Shown: positions 45,320 to 55,517, numbered from the stretch's first letter. The stretch: DNA of 64,000 bases from Promethearchaeota archaeon (GCA_011364925.1 RDOA01000003.1:72924-136923); one strand, 5' to 3'. Made by a program: numbers and translations. The notes: generated by a model from the sequence alone, not told the origin.

Positions 45320-46045
45320 TCATTTTCCATTAATGGACTTGAGAATTGCGTCAACAAATGCTTTAACTAGTTTTTTCGTTTGTAAAGCATCAGTACGAAT
45401 GTATTTTGCTACTTCTATTTGAATCGTGTTAACTTGCTTAACATTATAAAACTGGTGAGTAATGTATCCTCCAGAATACGCTAAACTATATTCCGATTCG
45501 GCGAATCCGTTATCGATACTAAAGTGTTTTGAAATTTCCGCTTCTAACTGATAACAACCCCAAAATTTCTCGCAAGCTTTACTTGTATTATCGTGAACGA
45601 GATCAAGAGTTTGACCGAAGATGTGTCCAAAAATAACATCGGGATAGGATTCATACGGGCGTGTAAAGCCGTGAAAGTCTATTACAAGAGCTTTTTCAAA
45701 TTGAGCAATACAGTCTTGAGAGAATTCTATTAATTGGTCGTGAAAAGCGTGGAACACACCATTTGCTTCCGTAGAAGTTTTATCAAAAGCCATGGAAGAA
45801 TGAGGTGGCCTATTCAAATCTATTTTACTCCTGTGAATTTTACTAAGAATATAGTAGATTTTGATTCCTTTTGCTTTGAGTAGATTGGTAATTAATTTTG
45901 CAATAAAATATGTGTTTTTATCAGCAATTCTTGGACCAAGGGGTTTATCTGGTATCCTTATAGGTTTTTTGTAACCACCGTGTGGGCATGATAGGATTAC
46001 TGGCGCGTTACCTTCAGCGAAATCGAAATATTTGTGAAAATCCAT
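45320..46045 (-). CDS. N-formylglutamate amidohydrolase-family protein
   Basis: PVILSCPHGG near the N-terminus, DLNR and DFHG motifs. 241 aa. Confidence 0.65.
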   Translation of the reverse strand: MDFHKYFDFAEGNAPVILSCPHGGYKKPIRIPDKPLGPRIADKNTYFIAKLITNLLKAKGIKIYYILSKIHRSKIDLNRPPHSSMAFDKTSTEANGVFHAFHDQLIEFSQDCIAQFEKALVIDFHGFTRPYESYPDVIFGHIFGQTLDLVHDNTSKACEKFWGCYQLEAEISKHFSIDNGFAESEYSLAYSGGYITHQFYNVKQVNTIQIEVAKYIRTDALQTKKLVKAFVDAILKSINGK

Positions 46046-46281
46046 TAAGATAAAAAATTAATTTCGCATTATAAAGTTTGATAAATAACTTTGAAGTTGA
46101 TAAGGATAACGATTTTGAGGGTTTTTTAAAGTTAGAACGATTGAATATAAATTTGTCGGTAAATGTCTTAAGTTGTTAATTATGGACTTAATAAATATTT
46201 CCAAAATGTTTAATAAATCTAAATTATTTATTACAAATAAGTAAATTATAAAGTTACCATTTAATTGAGGTATTAGATAGA

Positions 46282-46569
46282 TTGACAATTGACGACTTAA
46301 TAAGTTTCTTGAAAAAGAAAGGTTTTAGAGATACTTTAGAAGTGTTAATGAACACTAAAGGCCATAAAATTGACAAGCATGCGTTCTATAGCGAGTTGAA
46401 CAAGTTTAGTTACTACAATTCGTATTTCAGAGTAAAAGAAGATTTAATCGACCGTGGCTTAATAGCTATTGAGCAGAATAACAAAAAGAAATTCGTTAAA
46501 CTAACACCGAAAGGTTTAGATGTGTATAATAGGCTTGTTGAAATCAATAAGCTAATTAATAACAAGTAA
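46282..46569 (+). CDS. small winged-helix-like protein
   Basis: 95 aa with a TTG start. The pattern ...LIDRGLIAIEQNNKKKFVKLTPKGLDVYNRL resembles a wHTH wing. Confidence 0.45.
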   Translation: MTIDDLISFLKKKGFRDTLEVLMNTKGHKIDKHAFYSELNKFSYYNSYFRVKEDLIDRGLIAIEQNNKKKFVKLTPKGLDVYNRLVEINKLINNK

Positions 46570-46668
46570 AACGAACTTTTTGCTCTTTTCTTAAAACTTA
46601 GTAATAATTTTTTATTCATTCTTTCTTTTTTTATTATATAAACCTATTTATTTAGGAGTTGGGAACTG

Positions 46669-47301
46669 TTGATTTTTAGGAAATTAATTGTTGGACCTCT
46701 AGGGACAAATTGCTATATTTTCGGATCTGATGAGACTGGTGAAGTTGTTGTAATAGATCCTGGAGGTAACGCAGATAAAATTATCGCATCTATAGAGGAA
46801 TTGGGGGGTAAACCAATAGCTGTTTTATTAACTCATGGACACTTCGATCACACAACAAAAGTTGGAAGGATGCTGCGACACTTCCAAATCCCGCTGATGT
46901 ATAGCAGAAAGGAGTACGATTTTGGTACGTTTACGCAAAAAGAAGCTGATAGATGGTTAGTTGAGGGGGACATTATCAGTGTTGGTGAAATTACACTTCA
47001 CACTTTAGAGACTCCAGGACATAGCCCGGGTTCTCTTTGTTTTTATTCCACAGATGTTAAAGAGTTTAACGGTAAAGCAATAGATGGAATAGTGTTTTCG
47101 GGGGATTTAATCTTCAGGGGGAGCATTGGTCGTTCAGACTTTCAAGGTGGCGATCAAAAAGCTCTATTTTCAAGCATTAAAACTAAAATTATGTATAATA
47201 AAAATCTGACCGATAACATGATACTTTGTTCTGGTCACATGGAGTTAACAACGATAGGAATAGAAAGAGCGTCAAATATGTTTAGAAAATATTTCCTCTA
47301 A
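46669..47301 (+). CDS. metallo-beta-lactamase-fold hydrolase (glyoxalase II-like)
   Basis: LLTHGHFDH, TPGHSPGS, SGDLIFRGSIGRSDF. Confidence 0.8.
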   Translation: MIFRKLIVGPLGTNCYIFGSDETGEVVVIDPGGNADKIIASIEELGGKPIAVLLTHGHFDHTTKVGRMLRHFQIPLMYSRKEYDFGTFTQKEADRWLVEGDIISVGEITLHTLETPGHSPGSLCFYSTDVKEFNGKAIDGIVFSGDLIFRGSIGRSDFQGGDQKALFSSIKTKIMYNKNLTDNMILCSGHMELTTIGIERASNMFRKYFL

Positions 47302-47362
47302 TGATTAATATCAACTCTGGATATTAAGGAGCAAGAGAGAGTTAAAATCCAAGAAGAAGATC

Positions 47363-47647
47363 TTACTTTAGGATAATTAGAATTAGTTGTTCTTCTAAAG
47401 CAATCATAGTTTCTCCTTTCGATGTCTCCAAGCGAATAAATTTCAGACCACCTTCTTTCAGAGCATCGACCACTTGTTTACCTTTACCGATGAGTGAGGT
47501 TACGTAAGCTGATATCTCTTCACTAATTTCAATATCCATGTTAGAATCGATTGGTAAACCGCTTGAATCACAAATTATCACACCGCGAATACCTTCTCGT
47601 TCTTCAAAGCGACGAATGATGGCTTTTACTTCTTGACGATTAATCAA
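47363..47647 (-). CDS. Roadblock/LC7-domain protein
   Basis: 94 aa: ...GIRGVIICDSSGLPIDS...ISAYVTSLIGKGKQVV...LKFIRLETSKGETMIA, with the alpha-beta-beta-alpha-beta-beta layout typical of Roadblock/MglB. Confidence 0.7.
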   Translation of the reverse strand: MINRQEVKAIIRRFEEREGIRGVIICDSSGLPIDSNMDIEISEEISAYVTSLIGKGKQVVDALKEGGLKFIRLETSKGETMIALEEQLILIILK

Positions 47648-47929
47648 ATTCTAATTTTCACCATTTAGACAATAAATAGATTAAAATTTCAATTATATGA
47701 TATAAATATAATATATTTAGTATTTAAAAAACTATCATCTTCTTTTAATGCTTTTAATAAGACGCAAATAATTTAAGGAAGTTTTAGTACTCAATATTTT
47801 AACGAAATGTCCTAAAATAAATTTAAATTACTTTAAAATATATATATATTTAAGAATTTATCAGTTCAAATTTGAATAAGCTAATTCAGAAATCAAACTG
47901 ATAAAAATACAGTAAAGAGTAGCGTTACA

Positions 47930-48283
47930 ATGGTAGACAAAAATGTAATCGAACAGAAATTGGCAGAATTGATGGATATTGTACCAGAATGTGAAGGATT
48001 AATCGCTGCAGATCTTGAAGGTAAAGTGATTGTAGGTCAGACTATTACTGAAATGAACCACGGTGAAATCGCAAAAAAATGCAGCACAATAGTAAGAGAT
48101 TCCAATGGATTAGGTAACCACACGGGAAAAGGGTCTTTAAAATCTGCTACTATAGAGTTAGAAAGTGGATACGCTGTAATCGTTGGTTCTGACACTGGGA
48201 TTTTGATCGCATTAGCAGGGGTAGATGGAAAATCCTCACTCTCGCTTCTAAAGAGAAATTTAGTTTCAATCTCAAACTTATAA
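47930..48283 (+). CDS. Roadblock/LC7-domain protein
   Basis: 117 aa: LAELMDIVPECEGLIAADLEGKVIVGQT...EIAKKCSTIVRDS...LKSATIELESGYAVIVGSDTGILIALAG. Confidence 0.7.
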   Translation: MVDKNVIEQKLAELMDIVPECEGLIAADLEGKVIVGQTITEMNHGEIAKKCSTIVRDSNGLGNHTGKGSLKSATIELESGYAVIVGSDTGILIALAGVDGKSSLSLLKRNLVSISNL

Positions 48284-48332
48284 TTTTATTTCCTCTTTTT
48301 AAAAAATAAGGATGAAAAGTTAAGTTAGAATC

Positions 48333-51300
48333 TTAATCTTTAAGACCCTTTTCTTCTAATAAGGAGTCTAAATCTGTTTTTTCTTCTTCTTCTTCCTCAA
48401 CTTTCTCTTTTTTAGCTTTCTTCTTTTTAATTTTTTTAAGTTTTACTTCGCGAATTTCTTCTGTCTTTTCTTCTTGCACTTTGAGAGGTAATTCTCTCAC
48501 TGAAACGTATTTTCCTCTCCTTGGTCGTGGTTTAATTGGTTCCTCAAGAGGAGTTTCAATTTTCCTGATTGTTCTTCTTATATAAAGCAAAGAGATCGCC
48601 CACACTATTACGAAAATGCCAATCATTATCAAAGCGAAATAGGATATAAGCAACGAATCAAGTGGAGCATCGTAAATTGTAAAATCTACAGTTTTTTGGA
48701 ACACTACATTCTCCTGTGTTTGTTCGTTTCTTGCATCAATCGTCATGGAGAATGATATTTGGTCAACTGAAGATATATCTATTTTAACTATTATTGTTGT
48801 TATGTCATTTGGTTTGAATTCAGCTAATTTCATGAAGTTAATTTGCTCAATACTGTACGATAAAGTTGGAGAAATTTGAATAGTAATATTTTGGATTAAT
48901 ACTTTAAGTTCAGAATCACCAATATTACTTAATGTAATGCTAATCGCCGACGGAGTGTTTTTAAACAACTGATCCACATCCTTAGTGATCCTCAACGAGA
49001 TATTATTACGTGCTCGGAACATTGTTACAGTTATGTTTTGCGAATTGGCGAGGGTGTATTGATCTCCTTGCCAACTTAATCGAAATGTAAACTCATCCTC
49101 ATGAGGCAACAAGAGAGTGTCGATCTCAAAATTTGTTGTTCCATTTTCGTCAGTCATCTGAGTCGAAAAGTTTTGCCACGCATTGTTATCAAAATAAAGG
49201 AGCGAGACATTCTTAGCGGGGAATCTATCTCCAAATTCAGTGCTTAACACGGAACTTATGTTAAATTTTTGACCATATATCGGTGTGTGAGGGATAGTTG
49301 AAATCTCTGAAAATTTGCTATTAATTTTCAATGAGAATGAGCTAATGAAATCGTTATAACTGCTAACATAATTCTTATCGTAAATGTTAACGATGAATGT
49401 AGTTTTGTTAGGTAAGTATAAGCATTCGTCTCTTTTGAATGGCTTTAGGATCGATGCGCTTGTGACCTGTTTATCTTTTTTTAAGGCAATAAGGTATCCT
49501 TCAAATTCTGATTGAGTGCTATTTACGAGTAAGGATGTATCTGCACTTTTATAAGTTCCAACTTCATGACTTTTCCCGCCGTATTCAAAGTAAATAGTAA
49601 ATTTTGTCGTCACCCCTCCTTTTCTTACAGGTGCATTCACGCCCTTCCAAATTCCGTTTCCGAGAAGGTCTGGAATTGTGAGATCGACAAAGAAATCTTT
49701 CGTATCGTCCCCATTTGGATCGATACTTGGTTTTAACGTTTGAATTCCTGTAGTTTTTTCAGCAATTATCCATTTTTCGTTAGCAAAAGAAACCAATTGA
49801 ACTTTAACTTTGACCTTTAAATCAAGAAAATCGTGTAGATTATGAATTCTAGTGCCTATCCTTATGTCCTCATTCGGATTTAAGATGGTCTCGTTTTGCA
49901 CAAAAGTTTCAACGAGAATAGGGATTTCTTCATTGTTTACCTTATGAATAAATTCTTTATTAATGTTAGTTTTATTGATTGCGAAAAATCCGGGTCTATA
50001 TCGATCGTCTGTCACATTAACAGTGCCAATTAAAATTGAATAGCTTTCATAGACTCTATCAACTATTCCAACCAAAATATTGCGATCTAGATTTTCTTCG
50101 TAGAAACAATCTTGTAAATTAACATCGTAAGAATCAATATATAATTTAAGTTTTTGACAACCTATAGCAGATCCGTTCTCCCAAAAGAACCCTAAATAGT
50201 AGTTTCCGAGAAGAGGTGTAGCTTGATTAACATCTAAAATTGTAAGGTTGTTAAAGTCGTACTTAAGGTAATCGTCTACAATAACTCCCACTCCTGAATT
50301 CATTTCTGCTCCTGGAACTTTTGTTTTATTGTTTGGATAGAATAAAACTACATTAGCATTTCCATTGGTTGGGGGTTCCCCATCTGGTCTTTGAACATCG
50401 AGGCTAACAGAAATATTATCACCATACATAAATCCATTTGTTTCCCATAAAATGTCGTTATAGTTGATATAACTGTGCATATTGTAAATTAAATTACTGC
50501 TATTTAAAGCTAGAGAATATTGACCACTTATACCATTGATAATATAATAAGGAACAGCCGTATAATCAAATGATGGTCTGGAAACCAACGAACGTTCTCC
50601 TCCTGTGTTGTTTATTACTTCTCTATAAATATCATCGTAATTAGGATTTGTTAAATTATGTGCAGCATAATCGTTGGGGTACACAAACCAAACTTCTTGA
50701 AATGTCCACTCGTTCAAGTTCGGATCGGCAAGATTTAAAGTGAAATTTAGTTGCCATTCAGGAGTAGTATCATACGATACTTTATAATAGCTGTTCGCGT
50801 TTTCTATCCAATAAGCTCTTACCGTATATGATACATTAAATTCAAATCCTTTAATGACACTTTTATTCCAAGTGAGAACTATAGGAAAATTGTAAGAACC
50901 GTCATTGACTATCTCTGGTGTGAAGTGACTCGTCCATTGTCCTAAACCCCATGTTAAAGAGGAACTTACATCGTAAGGAGGAGCAGCAATAACGCTATTG
51001 TTTAATGGAATATTCTGAATCTTCAATGTATCTTCACTATCGTATGGATTTATAAAATCCGACGGCATGTAAGCCCTCGTCACGTTCAATTTAAACGCTG
51101 CTGCGTCTAGTTGTTCCGAGAGATATAGTGGCACTGAAGGGACTTGTTTTTTAGCTATGTTCCATGTAGATCCACTATCTTCGGATAAAAGTAATTTATG
51201 GTCTATTCGATTATCGGGATCACCATATGTCTGTCGGGGTAACGTGACCAAACTGTAGACCAAATCTGTCCGATTAGATTTGATCACGATAAAATAATTA

Positions 51301-52532
51301 TAAAGATTTAATTTTTGAGTGTTGCCAAGATTGAATCCAAAATATGTAAGTGAATCACCATGATATTCATTAAAACCAATTATTTTTGAATCAATAAGTT
51401 GAGAATTATTAGGTTTAAGATTGTTTGCAATTAAATAGGATTGAGTTCGAGGGATTGTAGAATTTGCTTTGTATAACGAGATATTTAATTCTGCGTTTGC
51501 AGCTTTGGCTAAATCTAAAGTTCTTATCCACGCGTAAAATCCATTTACTGTTGTACTTATTCCTTTTAGATCAAATTCCAACGCTAGTTGTTTGTTTTCG
51601 GTTATAGGTAAATCGAATCCGTATGTTGATACTAATTTAAATTCTCTTAAGGTGAGAATAAAATCACTAGAATCGTATTTCTGCACATAAAATTGAAGTT
51701 GGTTAACATCAGAACCATTAATGTAGTTTAAATTTTCGTTAATAATGCGATCTTCAAACTGTTGCGTGCCCAGACTGCTATTGATGAACAATCTGTCAGT
51801 TACATTGACCCACATAGAATCATAGATATTATACATCTTCAGAGTTAAAAACACATCATTGTTAAGACTACCAGAAAAGGTCGATATCAACCCTAATATC
51901 AAGGATCTATTAAAGTCTACATTAAACACTGGTCCGTCAAAAATCGTGTTAGTAAAGCTGGAATCGATTGTGAAATTCAATATTCCACCTGAAGAACTCA
52001 ACCTTATGTATGTAGATGGATTATTATCAACTAACTTATTGAAATTAATGGCATCTAAGTTTGTACCTGTATTGATGTTCATAAGCGATGCGTCTTCATC
52101 GTATGTAAACTTTATAAAATCATTTGCATATAGCGCACCCGTATTTTCAATAATATAATCGGTTGTAAAGTTATTTTGAAAAGTGAAATTGAAATTCCCA
52201 TATGAAAGGTATGTCGTGTCTGTAGTTGACATAGATGGAATGTTAAAAGAACCAACATTATTAGCATTAGAATTAGAGTTATTCAGCGCGTAAATTCTAA
52301 CATCTTGATTGGATCCCGAGCCGGTTATGTAGTAATCTGTTAAATATGGATCAGCAGCAGAAGATTCGGGATTCTCTTCACGATCGGACCAATATTGTTC
52401 TAAGGTATTGTTTGTATTGTGATTAAAATTACTGAAAATCTGAATATTGGCTAACAACATAAAAATAATAAACATACTTGCCACAATTATTCTTGTAACA
52501 TCATTTTTTCGGCGTTGAATCAAATAAACCAA
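48333..52532 (-). CDS. giant (1399 aa) single-pass surface protein with a K/E-rich cytoplasmic tail
   Basis: N-terminal hydrophobic anchor, then a ~1250-aa N/S/T/Y-rich body with many N-x-S/T sequons, then TM LLISYFALIMIGIFVIVWAISLLYI, then a ~95-aa tail ending KKIKKKKAKKEKVEEEEEEKTD... Confidence 0.8.
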   Translation of the reverse strand: MVYLIQRRKNDVTRIIVASMFIIFMLLANIQIFSNFNHNTNNTLEQYWSDREENPESSAADPYLTDYYITGSGSNQDVRIYALNNSNSNANNVGSFNIPSMSTTDTTYLSYGNFNFTFQNNFTTDYIIENTGALYANDFIKFTYDEDASLMNINTGTNLDAINFNKLVDNNPSTYIRLSSSGGILNFTIDSSFTNTIFDGPVFNVDFNRSLILGLISTFSGSLNNDVFLTLKMYNIYDSMWVNVTDRLFINSSLGTQQFEDRIINENLNYINGSDVNQLQFYVQKYDSSDFILTLREFKLVSTYGFDLPITENKQLALEFDLKGISTTVNGFYAWIRTLDLAKAANAELNISLYKANSTIPRTQSYLIANNLKPNNSQLIDSKIIGFNEYHGDSLTYFGFNLGNTQKLNLYNYFIVIKSNRTDLVYSLVTLPRQTYGDPDNRIDHKLLLSEDSGSTWNIAKKQVPSVPLYLSEQLDAAAFKLNVTRAYMPSDFINPYDSEDTLKIQNIPLNNSVIAAPPYDVSSSLTWGLGQWTSHFTPEIVNDGSYNFPIVLTWNKSVIKGFEFNVSYTVRAYWIENANSYYKVSYDTTPEWQLNFTLNLADPNLNEWTFQEVWFVYPNDYAAHNLTNPNYDDIYREVINNTGGERSLVSRPSFDYTAVPYYIINGISGQYSLALNSSNLIYNMHSYINYNDILWETNGFMYGDNISVSLDVQRPDGEPPTNGNANVVLFYPNNKTKVPGAEMNSGVGVIVDDYLKYDFNNLTILDVNQATPLLGNYYLGFFWENGSAIGCQKLKLYIDSYDVNLQDCFYEENLDRNILVGIVDRVYESYSILIGTVNVTDDRYRPGFFAINKTNINKEFIHKVNNEEIPILVETFVQNETILNPNEDIRIGTRIHNLHDFLDLKVKVKVQLVSFANEKWIIAEKTTGIQTLKPSIDPNGDDTKDFFVDLTIPDLLGNGIWKGVNAPVRKGGVTTKFTIYFEYGGKSHEVGTYKSADTSLLVNSTQSEFEGYLIALKKDKQVTSASILKPFKRDECLYLPNKTTFIVNIYDKNYVSSYNDFISSFSLKINSKFSEISTIPHTPIYGQKFNISSVLSTEFGDRFPAKNVSLLYFDNNAWQNFSTQMTDENGTTNFEIDTLLLPHEDEFTFRLSWQGDQYTLANSQNITVTMFRARNNISLRITKDVDQLFKNTPSAISITLSNIGDSELKVLIQNITIQISPTLSYSIEQINFMKLAEFKPNDITTIIVKIDISSVDQISFSMTIDARNEQTQENVVFQKTVDFTIYDAPLDSLLISYFALIMIGIFVIVWAISLLYIRRTIRKIETPLEEPIKPRPRRGKYVSVRELPLKVQEEKTEEIREVKLKKIKKKKAKKEKVEEEEEEKTDLDSLLEEKGLKD

Positions 52533-52682
52533 CCGTATTTCTCTATTTTTTAGTTATTAAATAATTTAAGAATATTAAAATTTGCTAATTTATATTAAAT
52601 TTATTCGATAGATTACTAAATGACAAGATATTCAAATAACTTAACGATAAAAAATTAAATGAAACCATAGTTTAATAAAATT

Positions 52683-54041
52683 ATGACAGAAGAATTAATT
52701 ATCAGGAAAATCGATGAAGAAAAAGAAAAATACATCGAATTCTTTAGAAAACTTGTCCAATGCGATTCAATTAATCCTCCTGGAAATGAAATGAATGTAG
52801 CGCTCGTAGTGGAAGCGTTTTTAAAGGAGGTTGGAATTAAAACTGAATTATTCCCTTTTGGGAATAATCGAGCAAATTTAGTGGCATATTTAACTAATAC
52901 TTTCAACGGAAAAAATTTACTATTTAATGGTCATATGGATACTGTTCCTCCTGGTACAGAAAATGATTGGAAATATCCTCCTTTAAGTGCTACAATTAAG
53001 CGAAATAAGTTAATTTTTGGGAGAGGGACCACTGACATGAAAGGGGGATTAGCAGCTATGGTCATTACTTTAAAAATTCTAAAGGAGTTAGATGTTCACA
53101 TTGATGGAAACTTGATTTTAAACGCTGTAGCAGATGAAGAAATAGGGGGAGAATTCGGAACGGGTTGGAGTGTAGAAAATCCACTTAAGAATATAAAGTG
53201 CAATTTTGCGATTATAGGTGAAGCCTCGGCTCTTAGTCCACTTCCAAAAGCGATATTAGTTGGAGAAAAAGGACATCTTCAAATTAAAATTACTACCAAC
53301 GGAATATCTGGTCATTCAGGAATGCCATCTATTAGTAAGAATGCAATTTACATGATGAGTGAAATAATTGAAAAGCTGGATAAACTTGATGAGCTGATTC
53401 CAACGCCTAAACCTCCAATGAGTTTAGAAAAAGTCAAAAGTTTAATAGGGGTAGTCTTTCCTAGTAGGGAAATATTCGAAAGGATAATGAAGGAACAACC
53501 TGAATTGGAGGGAGTTATGCTATCGATAACATCATATTCAAAAGCACTTACCATGATTCGAGGGGGAGTCAAAGAGAATGTAATCCCAGACTCCTGTGAA
53601 GGAGTACTTGACGTTAGACTTCTACCTAATCAGAAGAGTGAACCGATTGTGGATGCTTTGAAGAAATTGATCGAAGAAGATGTTGGTTATGAAGTAAGAG
53701 ATAAGGACTCTACCAGTCCAACTAAAATTTTTGTTGAACTTGAAGTAATATGTGACTCTGAAGGGTCTTACTGGGATGAGTGGGAGGATTCGGAAGACTT
53801 AAAGTTATTATACAGTATCGTTGAAGACATTTACGAAAAAAAACCTTTTTACTTCCTACTGCCAGGTTCTGCCGACGCCCGTTATTTACGTAATAAAGGT
53901 TACTGTCCCCAAACTGTCCTTTTTGGCCCTGGTGAAGGAAGATCTGCCCACGCCGTAGATGAACACGTTGAAATTCAAGATTTTCTGAGATCGATTAAAG
54001 TTTATTCGATTTTTGCTTACAGATTTCTATCAAAAAATTAA
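52683..54041 (+). CDS. M20-family metallopeptidase (ArgE/DapE-like deacylase)
   Basis: FNGHMDTVPPG, GRGTTDMKGG, ADEEIGGEFG. Confidence 0.8.
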   Translation: MTEELIIRKIDEEKEKYIEFFRKLVQCDSINPPGNEMNVALVVEAFLKEVGIKTELFPFGNNRANLVAYLTNTFNGKNLLFNGHMDTVPPGTENDWKYPPLSATIKRNKLIFGRGTTDMKGGLAAMVITLKILKELDVHIDGNLILNAVADEEIGGEFGTGWSVENPLKNIKCNFAIIGEASALSPLPKAILVGEKGHLQIKITTNGISGHSGMPSISKNAIYMMSEIIEKLDKLDELIPTPKPPMSLEKVKSLIGVVFPSREIFERIMKEQPELEGVMLSITSYSKALTMIRGGVKENVIPDSCEGVLDVRLLPNQKSEPIVDALKKLIEEDVGYEVRDKDSTSPTKIFVELEVICDSEGSYWDEWEDSEDLKLLYSIVEDIYEKKPFYFLLPGSADARYLRNKGYCPQTVLFGPGEGRSAHAVDEHVEIQDFLRSIKVYSIFAYRFLSKN

Positions 54042-54147
54042 AAAGGTTGAGAAAAAGTTAAGTATAAAGAATCAGATTAGATTTTTATTAAGAGCCCTCC
54101 TATACTGAAACTTTTATTTTTAAGGTAGATATTATAGAGACAAGAAA

Positions 54148-55335
54148 GTGCAAGATTTAGTAAAGATTGAGGATTGTGTTATTCTTATAGATTCTTCAAG
54201 ATCTATGGTTAGGAAAGATTTTAAACCAAGTCGATTAGCAATTGCCTTAGAAACTGCAAAAAAATTTATTCACGAGAAATTCCTAATAGATCCTAAGGAT
54301 CGGATCGCGATTCTTTCGTTTGGAGCAAATGTTACTAAATTATGCCCATTCAGTTTCGACGAAGAAAAACTCTTGAATGCATTAAATCGAATTCAGGTAT
54401 CTGGGAGCGGTACGCTTAATGAAGGTCTCGCGTTTTCAGTTCAATATTTAGTAGGAGAAATGCGTAAACTTGGAGGTAAGACAAATAGAATTTTTGTCAT
54501 CTCCGATAATAAAGTAGAATATACTGATAAGATAAGAAAAATCATCAATATCGCTAATGGATTAGGCATTTACATTGACGCATGTCAATTAGGAAAGACC
54601 GAGGACCATTCTGAAAGTATTTTAAAGAAAATTGCCAAAACTACAGGCGGAAATTTTGGTTTTTTCAATAATTCGAAAGCGATGTTAAATGCTGGAGCTT
54701 TATACGCATCAAAAAAAGAACTAAAAGAATCCATTGACTACTTTGGTCCAGAACAAAAGAGTGAGAATGCTCCACTTATCAGCGAGATCGCATTACAATT
54801 GAGAAGACCAAATGTTCTGGATATTCGTTTATTGATGAGTAGTAAAGAACGAGGTCAGGAAAAGTGTCAGATCTGTCACTCCACGAAATCTCAAATAACT
54901 GGCGCTGATTTTTACAGTGAGGGCCGATATTGCCCCTCATGTGAAAGACCTATGCATTTATCTTGCGTTGCTATGTGGGCTAAGAAAACTGAATACAAGG
55001 AAAATGTGTTCAGATGCCCGTTCTGCTTCTTCTTATTAGAACTCCCTCCTAGTGCGGTAAAATTGGTTGAAGAAAAAGTCCCAACGGAAGAACCAAAAAT
55101 TAAATTAATCGATGAGAGTGGAATTAATATGGTCTATGTCAATCAAGTTCCAGAAGTGGAAATTGATGAAATTAACGCGTCTTGTACTTATTGTCACAGT
55201 ATATTCTTAGGTGATTATAAGGTCTATCAATGCGAGAAATGTAAAGCATATTACCACGAACCATGTCTAAAAAAGATGTATAATGAAATCAGTGCGTGTA
55301 GAAATTGTGGAGCACAGATAATTATTAATGATTAA
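54148..55335 (+). CDS. vWA-domain protein with two C-terminal C4HC3 (PHD/RING-variant-like) zinc fingers
   Basis: MIDAS motif DSSRSM in VILIDSSRSMVRKDFKPSRL. Finger 1 is CQIC-x18-CPSC-x4-H-x2-C-x16-CPFC, and finger 2 is CTYC-x12-CEKC-x4-H-x2-C-x10-CRNC. Confidence 0.75.
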   Translation: MQDLVKIEDCVILIDSSRSMVRKDFKPSRLAIALETAKKFIHEKFLIDPKDRIAILSFGANVTKLCPFSFDEEKLLNALNRIQVSGSGTLNEGLAFSVQYLVGEMRKLGGKTNRIFVISDNKVEYTDKIRKIINIANGLGIYIDACQLGKTEDHSESILKKIAKTTGGNFGFFNNSKAMLNAGALYASKKELKESIDYFGPEQKSENAPLISEIALQLRRPNVLDIRLLMSSKERGQEKCQICHSTKSQITGADFYSEGRYCPSCERPMHLSCVAMWAKKTEYKENVFRCPFCFFLLELPPSAVKLVEEKVPTEEPKIKLIDESGINMVYVNQVPEVEIDEINASCTYCHSIFLGDYKVYQCEKCKAYYHEPCLKKMYNEISACRNCGAQIIIND

Positions 55336-55517
55336 AAATATTCCGAGTTTCATTCATATTTAGATTCTATTTATTGTAAAAAAATTAATTCCACTCTAAC
55401 ACATAAATTTGAAATAATAAAGTAGATTACTTTAATTACTTTCATAATCATTGATAAATGTTAAAAACATTATCGTAAGCTCACGCTGCTCCAATCAAAT
55501 AAAGGAGGTAATGCACG

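Noticed and set aside
46058-46288. 76-aa minus-strand ORF in the gap between 45320..46045 and 46282..46569
   Set aside because: It occupies the AT-rich divergent promoter region. The peptide is low-complexity (I/L/N-rich) with no start context. It is probably not a gene.
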